From IMG/VR virus record IMGVR_UViG_3300036715_004341, positions 1-60,257 of that record: a stretch of DNA of 60,257 nucleotides; one strand, given 5' to 3'. Shown one piece after another: positions 49,663-59,302 of the stretch. Every line of letters starts with the position of its first letter. Position 1 is the first letter of the stretch. This DNA comes from a virus (Duplodnaviria > Caudoviricetes). Position numbers and translations under genes: made by a program. The notes beneath the pieces were generated by a model. The model was not told the origin of the DNA, did not search any database, and was given only the letters and a program-made list of their open reading frames with translations.

Positions 49663-50424
49663 ATGGCTCCCTCCCTCCCCCCGCAGGCGGGCCCCGCCCG
49701 CGAGTCCTCCATCCTGGATCTCATCGCCCAGGGCGGCGCCCAGATCACCTGGGCTGACCTGCCCTCCTCGGCCGGCGGGCACACCGCGATCTTCCGCGTG
49801 TTCGCCGACGCCCTCATGATCGACGGGCTCCGGGTCAACCTCTCGGCCGCGGGTGAGCAGAAGGCGGCCGACCTCCTCGGCTGTTCCCTCCTCACGCCCA
49901 AGCTCGCCGATCTCATCTGGCAGCACCGGGCGGTCACCCTGGCCCCCCACCCCTTCCCGATCGACACCACGACGGCTCTCATGGTCCGGCACTCCCAGGT
50001 CCTCGATGCCGACCTCGCCCGGCAGGGGAACCCCCTCGGCCTCATCAGCACCGTGGGCAAACACTGGGTCATCGCCAACGGCATCCCCCAGGGCCGCGCC
50101 ATGAACTACGGCTGGCACGTAGCCCCCGGGGGCTACGCCGGTCCGACCGAGGTCGTCGCCTCGCTCTACAAGGACAAGAACGGCCAGTACGGGCGGCTCA
50201 TCCAGGGCTGCGGCACCCGGCACGACTCGTCCCACGCCGACTACAGCCAGACCGTCGTCCTGGTCAGCCAGGACTGCGTGGTCGACGGGCAGCCGGCGAA
50301 GCTCTCGGACGTCCTCCAGAGCCCCGAACTGGCCGCCCTCGCGTCGCACCAGGGGCCCCTCACGATCCTCCGCCAGCCCGGGGTCCCGGAGACGCCCGTG
50401 GTCCCCGTCTACACCCTCCTGTGA
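49663..50424 (+). CDS. conserved hypothetical protein; C-terminal PVYTLL
   Basis: LLTPKLADLIW, GKHWV, NYGWH, IQGCGTRHD..HADYSQ. Confidence 0.7.
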   Translation: MAPSLPPQAGPARESSILDLIAQGGAQITWADLPSSAGGHTAIFRVFADALMIDGLRVNLSAAGEQKAADLLGCSLLTPKLADLIWQHRAVTLAPHPFPIDTTTALMVRHSQVLDADLARQGNPLGLISTVGKHWVIANGIPQGRAMNYGWHVAPGGYAGPTEVVASLYKDKNGQYGRLIQGCGTRHDSSHADYSQTVVLVSQDCVVDGQPAKLSDVLQSPELAALASHQGPLTILRQPGVPETPVVPVYTLL

Positions 50425-50448
50425 GGCACTTATCGTGGCCCGGGGGGT

Positions 50449-50682
50449 ATGCAACTCGGGACCCTCCTCGACGCCGTCCGGGCGATCAGCCCCCATGCCC
50501 AGGTGCATTTTCTCCCGGTGCCGTACCGGGATGACATCTGGGTCCTGCGCGTCATCGTGGGGAGCGTAGTCATCGTCGAGACAGCCGCCGGCCCCCTCGA
50601 TGAGATTGGCCAGGCCGCCGGGCAGAAGCTCCGGTCGATGAGCCGCCGGATGCTGGCCGTGGTCAAGGAGCAGGAGGACTGA
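50449..50682 (+). CDS. hypothetical protein
   Basis: 77 aa. Confidence 0.65.
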   Translation: MQLGTLLDAVRAISPHAQVHFLPVPYRDDIWVLRVIVGSVVIVETAAGPLDEIGQAAGQKLRSMSRRMLAVVKEQED

Positions 50683-50703
50683 TCCTGGTGTAGAAGGGGC
50701 CCC

Positions 50704-51348
50704 ATGGGCCGCATCCTCGCCTGGGTTGACGGGGCCGCCGGGCACATCCTCCCCTTCACCGCTCGCCTGCTTCACGGTATCGAAGGGCTCTCTCGGGGGC
50801 AGGCCCTGACGCTCACGGTCCTCCTCCCCGTCCCCCTCGCCCTTCTGCTCCTCTGGTGGCGGGACTGGGCCCTCCAGAAGCAAGTGCTCTGGGTCCTCGA
50901 CCAGAAGCTCTCGTATCAGGTGGGGCAGGAGTACCGGGAGATGGAGCGGCGCAACATGGTCGCGGTCGGGGAGGTGGAAGCCCGCCTCCTCGGCTTGCAG
51001 GAGCGCGTGCAGACCCTGTCGGAACAGACGGAGCGGGACATGCAGGCGTCGTTTCTGGCTGTCCGGGACGACATCCTTCTGGGCCGTTTCCCGGTGCAGA
51101 TCCTTGTGCGGTCGAATGACGACAGGGAGGCCCTCGCCGCGCTCCTGTCGTCGTCCGTTACCCAGGTGCTCCGCGAGACCTATGCGAGGTACAGGGTGGC
51201 CGAGCCGGAGAGGGCTGGCCGTATCCCGGTCGCCAACGCCTACGCGCTCGTCCTCGACGACGAACCCACCATCGAACCCGAACCCGAACAGGAAGAACCA
51301 TGCCCCCCGAAGACCCGCAAACGCAGCACGAAGCGCAAGACGACCTGA
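50704..51348 (+). CDS. membrane-anchored coiled-coil protein with NAYALVLDD motif
   Basis: TM segment LTVLLPVPLALLLLWW; ATG 10 nt after TGGTGTAG. Confidence 0.65.
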   Translation: MGRILAWVDGAAGHILPFTARLLHGIEGLSRGQALTLTVLLPVPLALLLLWWRDWALQKQVLWVLDQKLSYQVGQEYREMERRNMVAVGEVEARLLGLQERVQTLSEQTERDMQASFLAVRDDILLGRFPVQILVRSNDDREALAALLSSSVTQVLRETYARYRVAEPERAGRIPVANAYALVLDDEPTIEPEPEQEEPCPPKTRKRSTKRKTT

Positions 51349-51821
51349 CCGACTCCTGGCTGGCCCTCGGGCAGCGTGTCGAGGGAGACGTGCCCACCGC
51401 GGCCCGGACCCTCCTCGACCAGATCGGGCCGAACACCCTGGCCTTCGGGGCCAAGGGGGTCCTCTTCTTCACGATCTCCCCCGAGGGCAGGATCGCAGTC
51501 AACCCCGAGGTGCCCCTCGACCAGATGGCCGAGGACTTCCTCACCCACCTGGCGTGCAAGCGGGCCAACATGACGCAGCGGCGGGTCCACCTCGGGCAGA
51601 TCGAGCAGCAGCTCATCCTGCTCGGGCAGGCCGACTACCGGCACGAGGCCGCCCAGAGGGCCGCCGGGCGCGAGGAACCCCCGCCCGATGCCCAGCACCA
51701 GGTGGAGATGACAAGGGCGGTCCTGGAGATGCAGGTCCACCGGCTCATCGAGACCGGCCGCGAGATGGCCACCCGCCCCGAGCCCCAGCCGCTCGCCCCC
51801 GGTGTAGACCCGGGACGATGA
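51300..51821 (+). CDS. hypothetical protein
   Basis: 173-aa ORF. Confidence 0.6.
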   Translation: MPPEDPQTQHEAQDDLTDSWLALGQRVEGDVPTAARTLLDQIGPNTLAFGAKGVLFFTISPEGRIAVNPEVPLDQMAEDFLTHLACKRANMTQRRVHLGQIEQQLILLGQADYRHEAAQRAAGREEPPPDAQHQVEMTRAVLEMQVHRLIETGREMATRPEPQPLAPGVDPGR

Positions 51822-52450
51822 TTCACGCGACCACCCCCCGCACCGTCACCCTCCTCCGCGGCCTCCCGGGCTCGGGCAAGTCCCACGTCGCCCGCCTGAT
51901 CCAGAAGGAGGACCGGAAGAAGGGCCTCCCCGGGACCATCGTGTCGGCCGATCACTACTTCGAGCGCACGGGCACCTACCCGTTCGACCGGGCGAAGATC
52001 GGCGTGGCCCACGCGACCTGCTTCAAGTCCTTCCTCGACGCCGTGGCTGGGCGCGCGGCCGGTGGGCCCGTCATCGTCGATAACACGAACACGCACCCCC
52101 TGGAGATCTCCCCGTCCATGCTGGGCGCCGCGGCCCACGACGAGGAGGTGCGGATCCTCGAGATGGCCTGCCCGATCGAGGAGGCGGTCCGGCGCAACAT
52201 TCACGGCTGCTCGGAGGACTCGATCCGGTACATGGCCGCCACCATGGTGAAGGACTCGTGCTCGCTCACCCCGGACCTGGTCGCGTCCATGAAGCCCACA
52301 GCCCGCGTCCTCCACTCCCTGCCCCGGGTGAACGAGATCCCCGAAGCGATCGATTCAGACCCCCGGGCCGCGTACTTTCGCCAGGTGCGCAACGGGGTCC
52401 CCGTCCGCATGGCCTGCCTCGACTACGTGCTCGCCGCCGACCTCGCCTAG
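51818..52450 (+). CDS. P-loop polynucleotide-kinase-like (AAA_33) protein fused to an aspartate carbamoyltransferase C-terminal fragment
   Basis: LLRGLPGSGKS, VSADHYF, VIVDNTN, RNIHG; then VLHSLPRVNEI...DSDPRAAYFRQVRNGVPVRMACL. Confidence 0.8.
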   Translation: MIHATTPRTVTLLRGLPGSGKSHVARLIQKEDRKKGLPGTIVSADHYFERTGTYPFDRAKIGVAHATCFKSFLDAVAGRAAGGPVIVDNTNTHPLEISPSMLGAAAHDEEVRILEMACPIEEAVRRNIHGCSEDSIRYMAATMVKDSCSLTPDLVASMKPTARVLHSLPRVNEIPEAIDSDPRAAYFRQVRNGVPVRMACLDYVLAADLA

Positions 52451-52974
52451 ATCGAGGTCTCGACGGTCAGGAAGGGCACGCCCCGGGGGGTGAGCACGGG
52501 GGCCTGGACGACCGTCGCGACGAAGAAGCCGTTGGGGGCCCGCGGGTCCCCGCTGAGGGTCCACTCGTCCTCCTTCGTGAACCGGCCCCGCAGGCTGAAG
52601 AGGAGGCGCTCCCCGGGGTTGTAGCTGATGGGGACCAGGGGACCGCCGCCCGTGCGGCTGGCGTAGGTGAACTGCTCGAAGGTGCGGGTGGTGATGAGCC
52701 AGCCCCCGGCTCCGATGATGCCGTAGCCGTACTCGATCTGCTGGCCCGTCATCGACGTGTACTGGTCGCTCGTCTCGTTCGAGCCCCAGATGAGGAAGCC
52801 GCCGTAGAGGCCCGTCGAGTAGGTCACGACGAAGTTGTTGGTGGGACTGGCCGCCCACATGACTCCTTGGCCCCCCTGCCAGCCCCCGGCCTTCATGGCA
52901 TCGTCGAGGAGCACGGGGTAGGCGTCCCCGATGAAGAGGATGTTCACGTCCCTGTCTCGCGCGAGGTCAGCCAT
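52447..52974 (-). CDS. conserved hypothetical protein, possibly virion structural
   Basis: 175 aa, beta-rich, Gly/aromatic composition. Confidence 0.65.
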   Translation of the reverse strand: MADLARDRDVNILFIGDAYPVLLDDAMKAGGWQGGQGVMWAASPTNNFVVTYSTGLYGGFLIWGSNETSDQYTSMTGQQIEYGYGIIGAGGWLITTRTFEQFTYASRTGGGPLVPISYNPGERLLFSLRGRFTKEDEWTLSGDPRAPNGFFVATVVQAPVLTPRGVPFLTVETSI

Positions 52975-53085
52975 CGTTCCCCTCAGCAGACAAGGGTTTT
53001 AGCCGTGCCCCAGGTCGGTGTCGTCGTAAGGCCCGTCGGCATCCTCGTGGGGTTCATCCTCGGGGGCCTCCAGAGCGGAGACCGG

Positions 53086-53604
53086 CTACGGCACCTTGTC
53101 CGCCGGAGGGTCAGGCAGGATGTCGAAGGTCTCGTTGAGGTCGACCTCCATGCGCTGACCGCCGAGGCGCTTCGGGAAGAGGCTCACCCGCAAGGTGCCG
53201 CTCGGCATCTTGGCGATCTCGTAGATCTCGCCCTCCTGCCGCCGCTTGAGTTCGAGGGCGAGGATGAGGTGAACCCCCGAGCCCGTCTTGCCCACCGCCG
53301 TGGTCACCATGTCCCGAAGCATCACGGCCGGCAGGGCCTTGACGAAGCCCGTGATGTCCTCGGACCGGAGGCCCGGGGCTTCGAGTACGAACTTGAGGAG
53401 CCCGATCAGAGGGGTGCCCCGGAGCGTACGGAGGAGGCTCGACACGAAGTGCGCCTCGTAGAACGCCGAAGGGGCCACGCCCCCCAGAGCTTCGGCCGCA
53501 GCACGGGAGGCAGCCTTGACGTGGTCCTCCAGGGTACGGCTCGCCGGGTCCTTCTCTGGCGCCGGGGCGAGGTCGCCCCAGATCTCGTTCATGTCGTCGC
53601 TCAT
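53086..53604 (-). CDS. hypothetical protein
   Basis: 172 aa, ATGA coupling. Confidence 0.7.
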   Translation of the reverse strand: MSDDMNEIWGDLAPAPEKDPASRTLEDHVKAASRAAAEALGGVAPSAFYEAHFVSSLLRTLRGTPLIGLLKFVLEAPGLRSEDITGFVKALPAVMLRDMVTTAVGKTGSGVHLILALELKRRQEGEIYEIAKMPSGTLRVSLFPKRLGGQRMEVDLNETFDILPDPPADKVP

Positions 53605-54032
53605 TCGGCGCTCCGAAGGCCCGCGAGGAGCCAGCGAGGGATCGGGTCGGTGGCCAGGTAGCCCACGGCCGTCCAGGGGCGCCCGTCATCCCCGCGGGGC
53701 GGCCGGTACGACATGCCTACATGGTCGAGGATCTTCTTGAGATTGGTGGCCGTGTTCGGGTCGCGCGCCTGGAGGTCCCGGAGGAAGGTCTTGATCCCCG
53801 CCTGGACCTTCTTCTCCGAGCTGCCGGGGTAGAAGATCACGACCGTGTGCGGGCCCGAGCCGCCCGCGAACACCTGCCAGATGGCGAGAAAGAGGGTGAC
53901 GGGGAGCCAGGAGTCGAGGTCGCGGCTGGCGACCCCCCGCGTTTCCGGGAAGCCGCTGATGACCTCCCGCTCGACCAGGGTGGGCTCTCGCCCGTGAACC
54001 ATACGGAATAGGGTCTCCTGGGATTCGTTCAT
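53601..54032 (-). CDS. hypothetical protein
   Basis: ATG 8 nt after TGGTGTAG. Confidence 0.7.
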   Translation of the reverse strand: MNESQETLFRMVHGREPTLVEREVISGFPETRGVASRDLDSWLPVTLFLAIWQVFAGGSGPHTVVIFYPGSSEKKVQAGIKTFLRDLQARDPNTATNLKKILDHVGMSYRPPRGDDGRPWTAVGYLATDPIPRWLLAGLRSAE

Positions 54033-54067
54033 GGCCCACCCTACACCATTTATCCCCTTGCGCTGGT

Positions 54068-54394
54068 ATGACCGACACCGAACGCATGGACCTCCGCAGC
54101 CGCGCCCTCTTCTGCCAGACCCGGGGGTACGACCTCGCCCGCCTCTCTGCGTACATCGACGACCTGGGCGGCGGGGAGGCCCCCCCGGGCATCACGACCG
54201 GAAGCATTCTCCACCTCATCGCTCTGATTGACGGCTACCAGCCCCCCATGGCCCCCGCGGAGGAGACGCCCAAGAAGGGCGGGAAGAAGGCGCACAAGGC
54301 CAGGGAGGAGCCCAAGGAGGAGGCCCCCCCGGCCACCCTCCCCGAGCCTCCCGTCGAGGTTCCGGCGGAGACCCCCGCCGATCAGGCTCCGTGA
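54068..54394 (+). CDS. hypothetical protein
   Basis: 108 aa. Confidence 0.6.
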   Translation: MTDTERMDLRSRALFCQTRGYDLARLSAYIDDLGGGEAPPGITTGSILHLIALIDGYQPPMAPAEETPKKGGKKAHKAREEPKEEAPPATLPEPPVEVPAETPADQAP

Positions 54395-55479
54395 GCCGCG
54401 GCCCAGAACGACTGGAGCTTGGCCCGGGTTGCCGGGCCGATCTGACCGTCTGCCGTGAGGCCCACCTTGCCCTGGAAGTCCTTGAGGGCCGCCAGCGTCT
54501 TCGGGCCCATCTTCCCGTCGGCGCCCCCGGGGCCGAGGTCGTAGCCCTGGGCGAGTAGCTCGGTCTGAACGTCGGCGAGGGACAGGAAGGACGGGATGCC
54601 CGGGAGGGCCGAGGGGGGCACGACCGAGGGGAGGTCGGGGAGTGTGATCTCGTAGAGCGCCTCCAGCACGGGACGGATCTTGCGGTAGCGATCCGTATAG
54701 ATCCCGATGTTCGGCCCCAGGGTGAGCTGGTGGAGGATGCGGATCGCCCACTCCTCCGACCATGGCTCGATGTCCCCCATGGCGTCGAGGGCGAGGCGGA
54801 GCTGCTCCCCCGCCACGGCCGGCAGGTTGGCGGCGAAGCTCAGGTAGCCCGCCCGGAGAGCCCCGGCCCACCCGCTGTTGTCCGCGGGCGTCCCCGGGCC
54901 CCAGAGGGCCGCCCTGGCGTTCGGCATGGCGAAGCCCCGAAGCCGGGGCACCGTGAAGGACGCCTGGGCTTCCTGAGCCGCGGGTTGCTCGAACACGGAG
55001 GCTATCGCGGCGACCCAGGTACGGGCGTAGAGACGCCGGGGATCTTCTGGAGGACCCCAGCTCCCCCGCAGACCATCGCAGCGCAGGAACAGGGTCTGCT
55101 GTTTGGCGACAGTGTCGACCTCATCGTTGCCCGGCAAGTAAAACCGCCAGCGACCCCGACCGTTGCGCTTGAACTCCATCCCGGGTTCCATGGCAGCGGC
55201 CAGAGGGTCCAGCAGCGACGGGTCGCGCTCGGCGACCTTGCCCAGCAAGTCCGAGACGCTAAATTGGCCGCATTCCCCCCACTGCACAGCCCCCACCGAA
55301 AGGATCATGCGGTCATACGCATTGACCGCATCCCACTTCCCCCCTTCCGTCGCGGTCACGACGAGCAAGACCTTCTCGTCCTCGGTCGGGTTTGCAGGGG
55401 CAAGTACAGCACACGTACCGGGTGTCCACGGGCCCTCCCAGGACTTGTACTGGCCCCACCTCGTCTCGCTTACCTTCAT
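54382..55479 (-). CDS. putative peptidoglycan hydrolase with C-terminal PG-binding domain
   Basis: TATEGGKWDAVNAYD..ILSVGAVQW (lysozyme-like); VQTELLAQGYDLG..GADGKMGPKTLAALKDFQ...GLTADGQIGPAT. Confidence 0.75.
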   Translation of the reverse strand: MKVSETRWGQYKSWEGPWTPGTCAVLAPANPTEDEKVLLVVTATEGGKWDAVNAYDRMILSVGAVQWGECGQFSVSDLLGKVAERDPSLLDPLAAAMEPGMEFKRNGRGRWRFYLPGNDEVDTVAKQQTLFLRCDGLRGSWGPPEDPRRLYARTWVAAIASVFEQPAAQEAQASFTVPRLRGFAMPNARAALWGPGTPADNSGWAGALRAGYLSFAANLPAVAGEQLRLALDAMGDIEPWSEEWAIRILHQLTLGPNIGIYTDRYRKIRPVLEALYEITLPDLPSVVPPSALPGIPSFLSLADVQTELLAQGYDLGPGGADGKMGPKTLAALKDFQGKVGLTADGQIGPATRAKLQSFWAAAHGA

Positions 55480-55578
55480 AGGTGCCCCACTGTCTTGCTT
55501 CTCGTTACACACGGGCTAACATCGACCCCTGCGCCCACTCGACCTGGCCGGTCAGACCTTCGGTCACCTACAGGCACT

Positions 55579-55887
55579 TTATAGACAGGGTCGTACGTCA
55601 GGAGGCGCGGCCCTCTGGCGGTTTCGCTGTTCCTGCGGAACGGATGTCATCAGGCAAGCGCGCAAGGTCGGGGAGACCTCGCCCCTTACCACGCCCGTCA
55701 CCCACTCCTTGACCCAGACCCGCGCCTCACAGCCCTTCCTCGGGCACCGGAGCATCCGGCAGGGCATGGAGCCGAGCACGTCGCTCGGCGGGCAGTCCTC
55801 CGGCCCGTATTTGAGCCGGTCGTTGTACCCCGGGCAAATCACCCTACGGACCTTGACCGGACCCTTGCTGACCCCCTTGATCGTCAT
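55579..55887 (-). CDS. small Cys-rich protein
   Basis: MTIKGVSKGP...ICPG...LRCPRKGC. Confidence 0.5.
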   Translation of the reverse strand: MTIKGVSKGPVKVRRVICPGYNDRLKYGPEDCPPSDVLGSMPCRMLRCPRKGCEARVWVKEWVTGVVRGEVSPTLRACLMTSVPQEQRNRQRAAPPDVRPCL

Positions 55888-56057
55888 GGGTTTCTGCCGT
55901 CGAGGAGCCGGGCGAGGAGGGCGGAGTGCGAGGGGTCGATCCGAAAGCCCGTGGGGAACATCCTGCTCATGGAACGCCCGTGGGCCTCCCGGATCTCCAG
56001 CCACGTCTCGAGGGTCGTGAAGCTCCGCCACCGCTCCTCGAAGGTCTCGCGGCTCAT
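55884..56057 (-). CDS. small hypothetical protein
   Basis: MSRETFEERWRSF...DGRNP*, coupled on both sides. Confidence 0.5.
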   Translation of the reverse strand: MSRETFEERWRSFTTLETWLEIREAHGRSMSRMFPTGFRIDPSHSALLARLLDGRNP

Positions 56058-56848
56058 CCCCGGAGCCTCTCGATGAGGGCTTCGGCTCGCTCCCGGAGCA
56101 CGTCGAGGCTCTCGTCGTTACGGAGGACGGCGTCGAACTCGTGGTCGAAGATCCCCCCCATCTCCTTCTCGCTCTGGTGCTGCCCGGCCGCCCCCCCGAG
56201 CCCCGCCTTGGGCCGGACAAGCCGGATCACCTTGCCCCCCCGGGCTTGGATCTGCTGCACCTCGTCGCGGAAGCGGACGTCGTGGATGAACACCCCCTGC
56301 GCGGGCGCGGGCCCGGTCAGGTTCCACGAGACCGTCTGCTCCAGACCGATCGTGGCCGTGTAGGTCCAGCCCGGCGACTCGGTCAGCAGGCGCGAGGCCC
56401 GGAGGCATGTCTCGACCCAGGTGGCCTCGTAGCAGCCCCGACCCCACTCCGTCCCCAGCGTCTGGAGGGCGAAGCGCGGCGTCAGGTAGCAGGGGGTGAT
56501 GTCCTCCTCGCTCTCGCGCCAGACGTCGTCCTCGTTCTGGTAGAGGCGGGCGACCTGGCCGCAGCAGGCGCACGTCGACTCGTCGCCCCGGACGAAGTCC
56601 CCGGGGCGGAGGTCGGAGGTGTGCTGCGGCCTGACCCAGGTGTGGGCCCGGGGGTAGCGTAGGTCGGGCTTGCTGCGCTCCTCGGACGGCCCCCAGAGCT
56701 GCTCGACCGTGAAGTCGTAGACGCTGCGGCAGAGGCGCTTGAGGGGGTCCCCGAGGGCGATGGGGACGAAGACGGGGAACATGCTGGCCACGGTGCTCTT
56801 GCCGCTGCCCGCAGGCCCCGAGATACCGAGAATGAGAGGCTTGCTCAT
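56054..56848 (-). CDS. deoxynucleoside monophosphate kinase
   Basis: ILGISGPAGSGKST, ALGDPLK, TPRFALQTLGTEWGR, HDVRFRDE, HQSE. Confidence 0.9.
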   Translation of the reverse strand: MSKPLILGISGPAGSGKSTVASMFPVFVPIALGDPLKRLCRSVYDFTVEQLWGPSEERSKPDLRYPRAHTWVRPQHTSDLRPGDFVRGDESTCACCGQVARLYQNEDDVWRESEEDITPCYLTPRFALQTLGTEWGRGCYEATWVETCLRASRLLTESPGWTYTATIGLEQTVSWNLTGPAPAQGVFIHDVRFRDEVQQIQARGGKVIRLVRPKAGLGGAAGQHQSEKEMGGIFDHEFDAVLRNDESLDVLRERAEALIERLRG

Positions 56849-56865
56849 TCCCGCCAGATACCCCG

Positions 56866-57347
56866 TCAGCCCGCGTCGAGGTAGAGGAAGATCTCCAGCG
56901 ACCCGTACTCCGTGAGGCCCATGGCCGTCGCCAGGCACAGGACCTGGGCCCCCTTGTCAGCCAGCGCGCCCAGGGTCCCGGCGGAGACCCCGGGCTTCCG
57001 CATGGTGTAACTGCCTATGCCCGCGATGTTGACCCCGAGGACCCACTCCCCCGGTTTATCTCTCGAACAAGCCCGGACGGGTATCCGAGGAGGGGCGGTA
57101 ATCCCGCAGATCTTCCCAGGCGTCATCGGGGGTCATGTCTTCCTTCCTGCTGTACGCCGCGAACGCCGGACGGACCACCAGGGACGTCCCTCCTTTCACC
57201 TTGGTTCCGCACTGCGCGCAGAAGGGTGTGCTCTGAGGTCCGTGATTCGGGCACTCGGGCGGGTGGGGCACGGTCTCCCAGAGGGCAGACTGCTGGAAGG
57301 TGATGCCGAGGACGAGGACGAGGGCGAGGGTGGCGCTGTAGCGGATG
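56866..57347 (-). CDS. hypothetical protein, frameshifted, start damaged
   Basis: RYSATLALVLVLG...FCAQCG...; C-terminal part in the frame of ORF 56866..57126. Confidence 0.45.
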
Positions 57348-57372
57348 CTCCTGCCCTCCCGTACACCGGGGG

Positions 57373-57732
57373 TCAGCCGCCCCGTCCGCCCTTGAAGAAG
57401 CGGACGAGGACCGCGACCAGGCCGTCGGCCAGGGCCGCGGTGAACTCGTCCTGCTCCCGGGTGATGACGTCCACCGTGTCCGAGCCGTACCAGACATCGA
57501 CCTGGCGCTCCCGCTTCTGCTGGTGTTCCCACTCGTAGATGTGGGCCCGGTTCGCGGGCAGCCCCTCCTGTCCCCGGAGGGCGGGGCTGAGGGTCCCGGG
57601 CAGGGTGCAGACGAGGCGGTTGTCCGACCACTCCACCTGGGCCGCTTCCCCGAAGAAGCAGCGCGTGAGCTTCTCGATGGCCTCCCGGGGCGGCGCCTTG
57701 TCCTTCCAGTAGACGATGCGGTCAGAGGCCAT
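57373..57732 (-). CDS. hypothetical protein
   Basis: 119 aa. Confidence 0.7.
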   Translation of the reverse strand: MASDRIVYWKDKAPPREAIEKLTRCFFGEAAQVEWSDNRLVCTLPGTLSPALRGQEGLPANRAHIYEWEHQQKRERQVDVWYGSDTVDVITREQDEFTAALADGLVAVLVRFFKGGRGG

Positions 57733-57733
57733 G

Positions 57734-58849
57734 TTACAGGGCTTCCTTGGCCTGCACGGCCCGCCGCCCGGCCTGGAGGGTCGCCCGGACAGCCTCCCAC
57801 CGCGGGGGCTCGATCACCTGGTAGCGGCTCTCGCCCGGCACCTCCCCCGCTTCCACCAGCTCGAACACGGTCGGCTGCCGGGCCATGATCGCCGAGAGGT
57901 AGGGACCGGGGTTCTGGCCGTACCGGGCGATCGAGAACCCCCACTCCCCGAGGCGCCCCTTCAGCTCGATGGCGTTGAGGACGCTCTCCTCCATCACGGC
58001 CGCCATGACGGACAGGAGCGGGGGGGTGTGCTTCGCGGGGGCCGTGGCGGGCTTCGGCGGGGCCTTCTTCGCTTCCGTACGAGCGGGGGCAGGGTCGGGC
58101 CGGTGGGCGCTCAGCTTGACGAAGGTGGCGGGCTCCCCCTCGATCTCGATCCGCCGGAACAGCTTGGGGTTCGACCGCAGGACCCCGTTGACGTGGGTCG
58201 GCGCGTAGGAGGAGGGGAGCCAGTTCCTCTCCCGGAGCGCGTCGAAGAGGGCCCTCACCTTCATCGGGTCCGGGCCCATGACCTGGTAGATGGCCCGGGC
58301 CATGGTCGGCCTGGACTCGATGCGCCTCTCCAGGGCCGCGGTGAGGGTCGCAGGGGCCTTCTCGGGCTCCTTCGACCGGGCGATGCGGAGGTGGCACCGC
58401 GACCCCCACGCCTGGCCCTCCGTACGGACGCGATACCGCGTGCCCTCCTTGCAAAAGGTCGTCGTCTCCCGCGCCAGGGTCCCGAGGAGGTAGGTCTCCT
58501 CGTCCTCCCCGTCCCTCGGCGGAAGCAGGACCCCCGGCAGGGCCAGGATCGCCTGGGGGGTGAAGGTCCCGGTGCCCATGGCGTCCACCAGGGCCAGCTT
58601 GTACGTGTCGATCGGGCTCCCCCCGGGGAGGGTCAGGGTCTTACCCTTCTCGCGCTTGGGCGGGGCCTCCGGAGCCGCGGGCGTGGGCGTCGGGACCGGT
58701 CCGGTGCTCATGGACGTCAGGAGCACGGCCAGGTTGGCGATCCCGGCCGCGTCGAGCCCGGGGAAGTAGGTCTGGAGCGTCTGGATGTTGGCGAGGAGCT
58801 GCCGGGCTGCGGTGAGCACGGCCTGGGGGTCGACGTGGGGATTGAACAT
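57734..58849 (-). CDS. protein with three winged-helix-like repeats
   Basis: Repeated AL..AM/VM...(T/K/N)...(I/L)...L.....YL...L.....F blocks; ATG 8 nt after CGGTGTAG. Confidence 0.65.
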   Translation of the reverse strand: MFNPHVDPQAVLTAARQLLANIQTLQTYFPGLDAAGIANLAVLLTSMSTGPVPTPTPAAPEAPPKREKGKTLTLPGGSPIDTYKLALVDAMGTGTFTPQAILALPGVLLPPRDGEDEETYLLGTLARETTTFCKEGTRYRVRTEGQAWGSRCHLRIARSKEPEKAPATLTAALERRIESRPTMARAIYQVMGPDPMKVRALFDALRERNWLPSSYAPTHVNGVLRSNPKLFRRIEIEGEPATFVKLSAHRPDPAPARTEAKKAPPKPATAPAKHTPPLLSVMAAVMEESVLNAIELKGRLGEWGFSIARYGQNPGPYLSAIMARQPTVFELVEAGEVPGESRYQVIEPPRWEAVRATLQAGRRAVQAKEAL

Positions 58850-58865
58850 GCCCCCCGCTACACCG

Positions 58866-59302
58866 TCAGCTCGCCTGCTCCTTGGCCGTCGCCTGACCCG
58901 GCAGGGTCACGTACCGCTCCGGGTGGATGACCCGGTAGCGACCGCGGCCCCCCTCCACCCGCTCGAAGACATCCTTGGTACTCGCCAGCGTGTGGTTCAC
59001 GTTATCGATCGGACTGACCCAGTGACCCACCCGAAGTACGCCTTGAGAGACGCGCGTAGCGTGGCCCGGGTCTCCTCGGATACGACTCTTGGGTGCGCGG
59101 CGTGCTGTGCCAGAGCGGCTTTCCGTAGCTTCTGGAAGGGCCACACCCGGGCCGTGAGGGTGCAACCCAGGGCCACGGCCCGCAGGTAGACGGTCTCGCC
59201 CCTACGGAGCCCCGCGAGGGCGTCCCGGACGGCCTGCCGGGCCTTGTGCCGCTTGCGCTGGGCCTTGGCCTCCCCGGGCTTCTTCTTGGGTTCCCGGGAC
59301 AT
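58866..59302 (-). CDS. hypothetical protein, frameshifted
   Basis: MSREPKKKPGE...; tail VNHTLASTKDVFERVEGGRGRYRV in a second frame. Confidence 0.5.

Noticed and set aside
45918-49819. Long plus-strand ORFs (683 aa and 625 aa) and similar antisense ORFs throughout
   Set aside because: They are antisense shadows of real minus-strand genes, expected at high GC, with low-complexity R/G/P/V content and no motifs.
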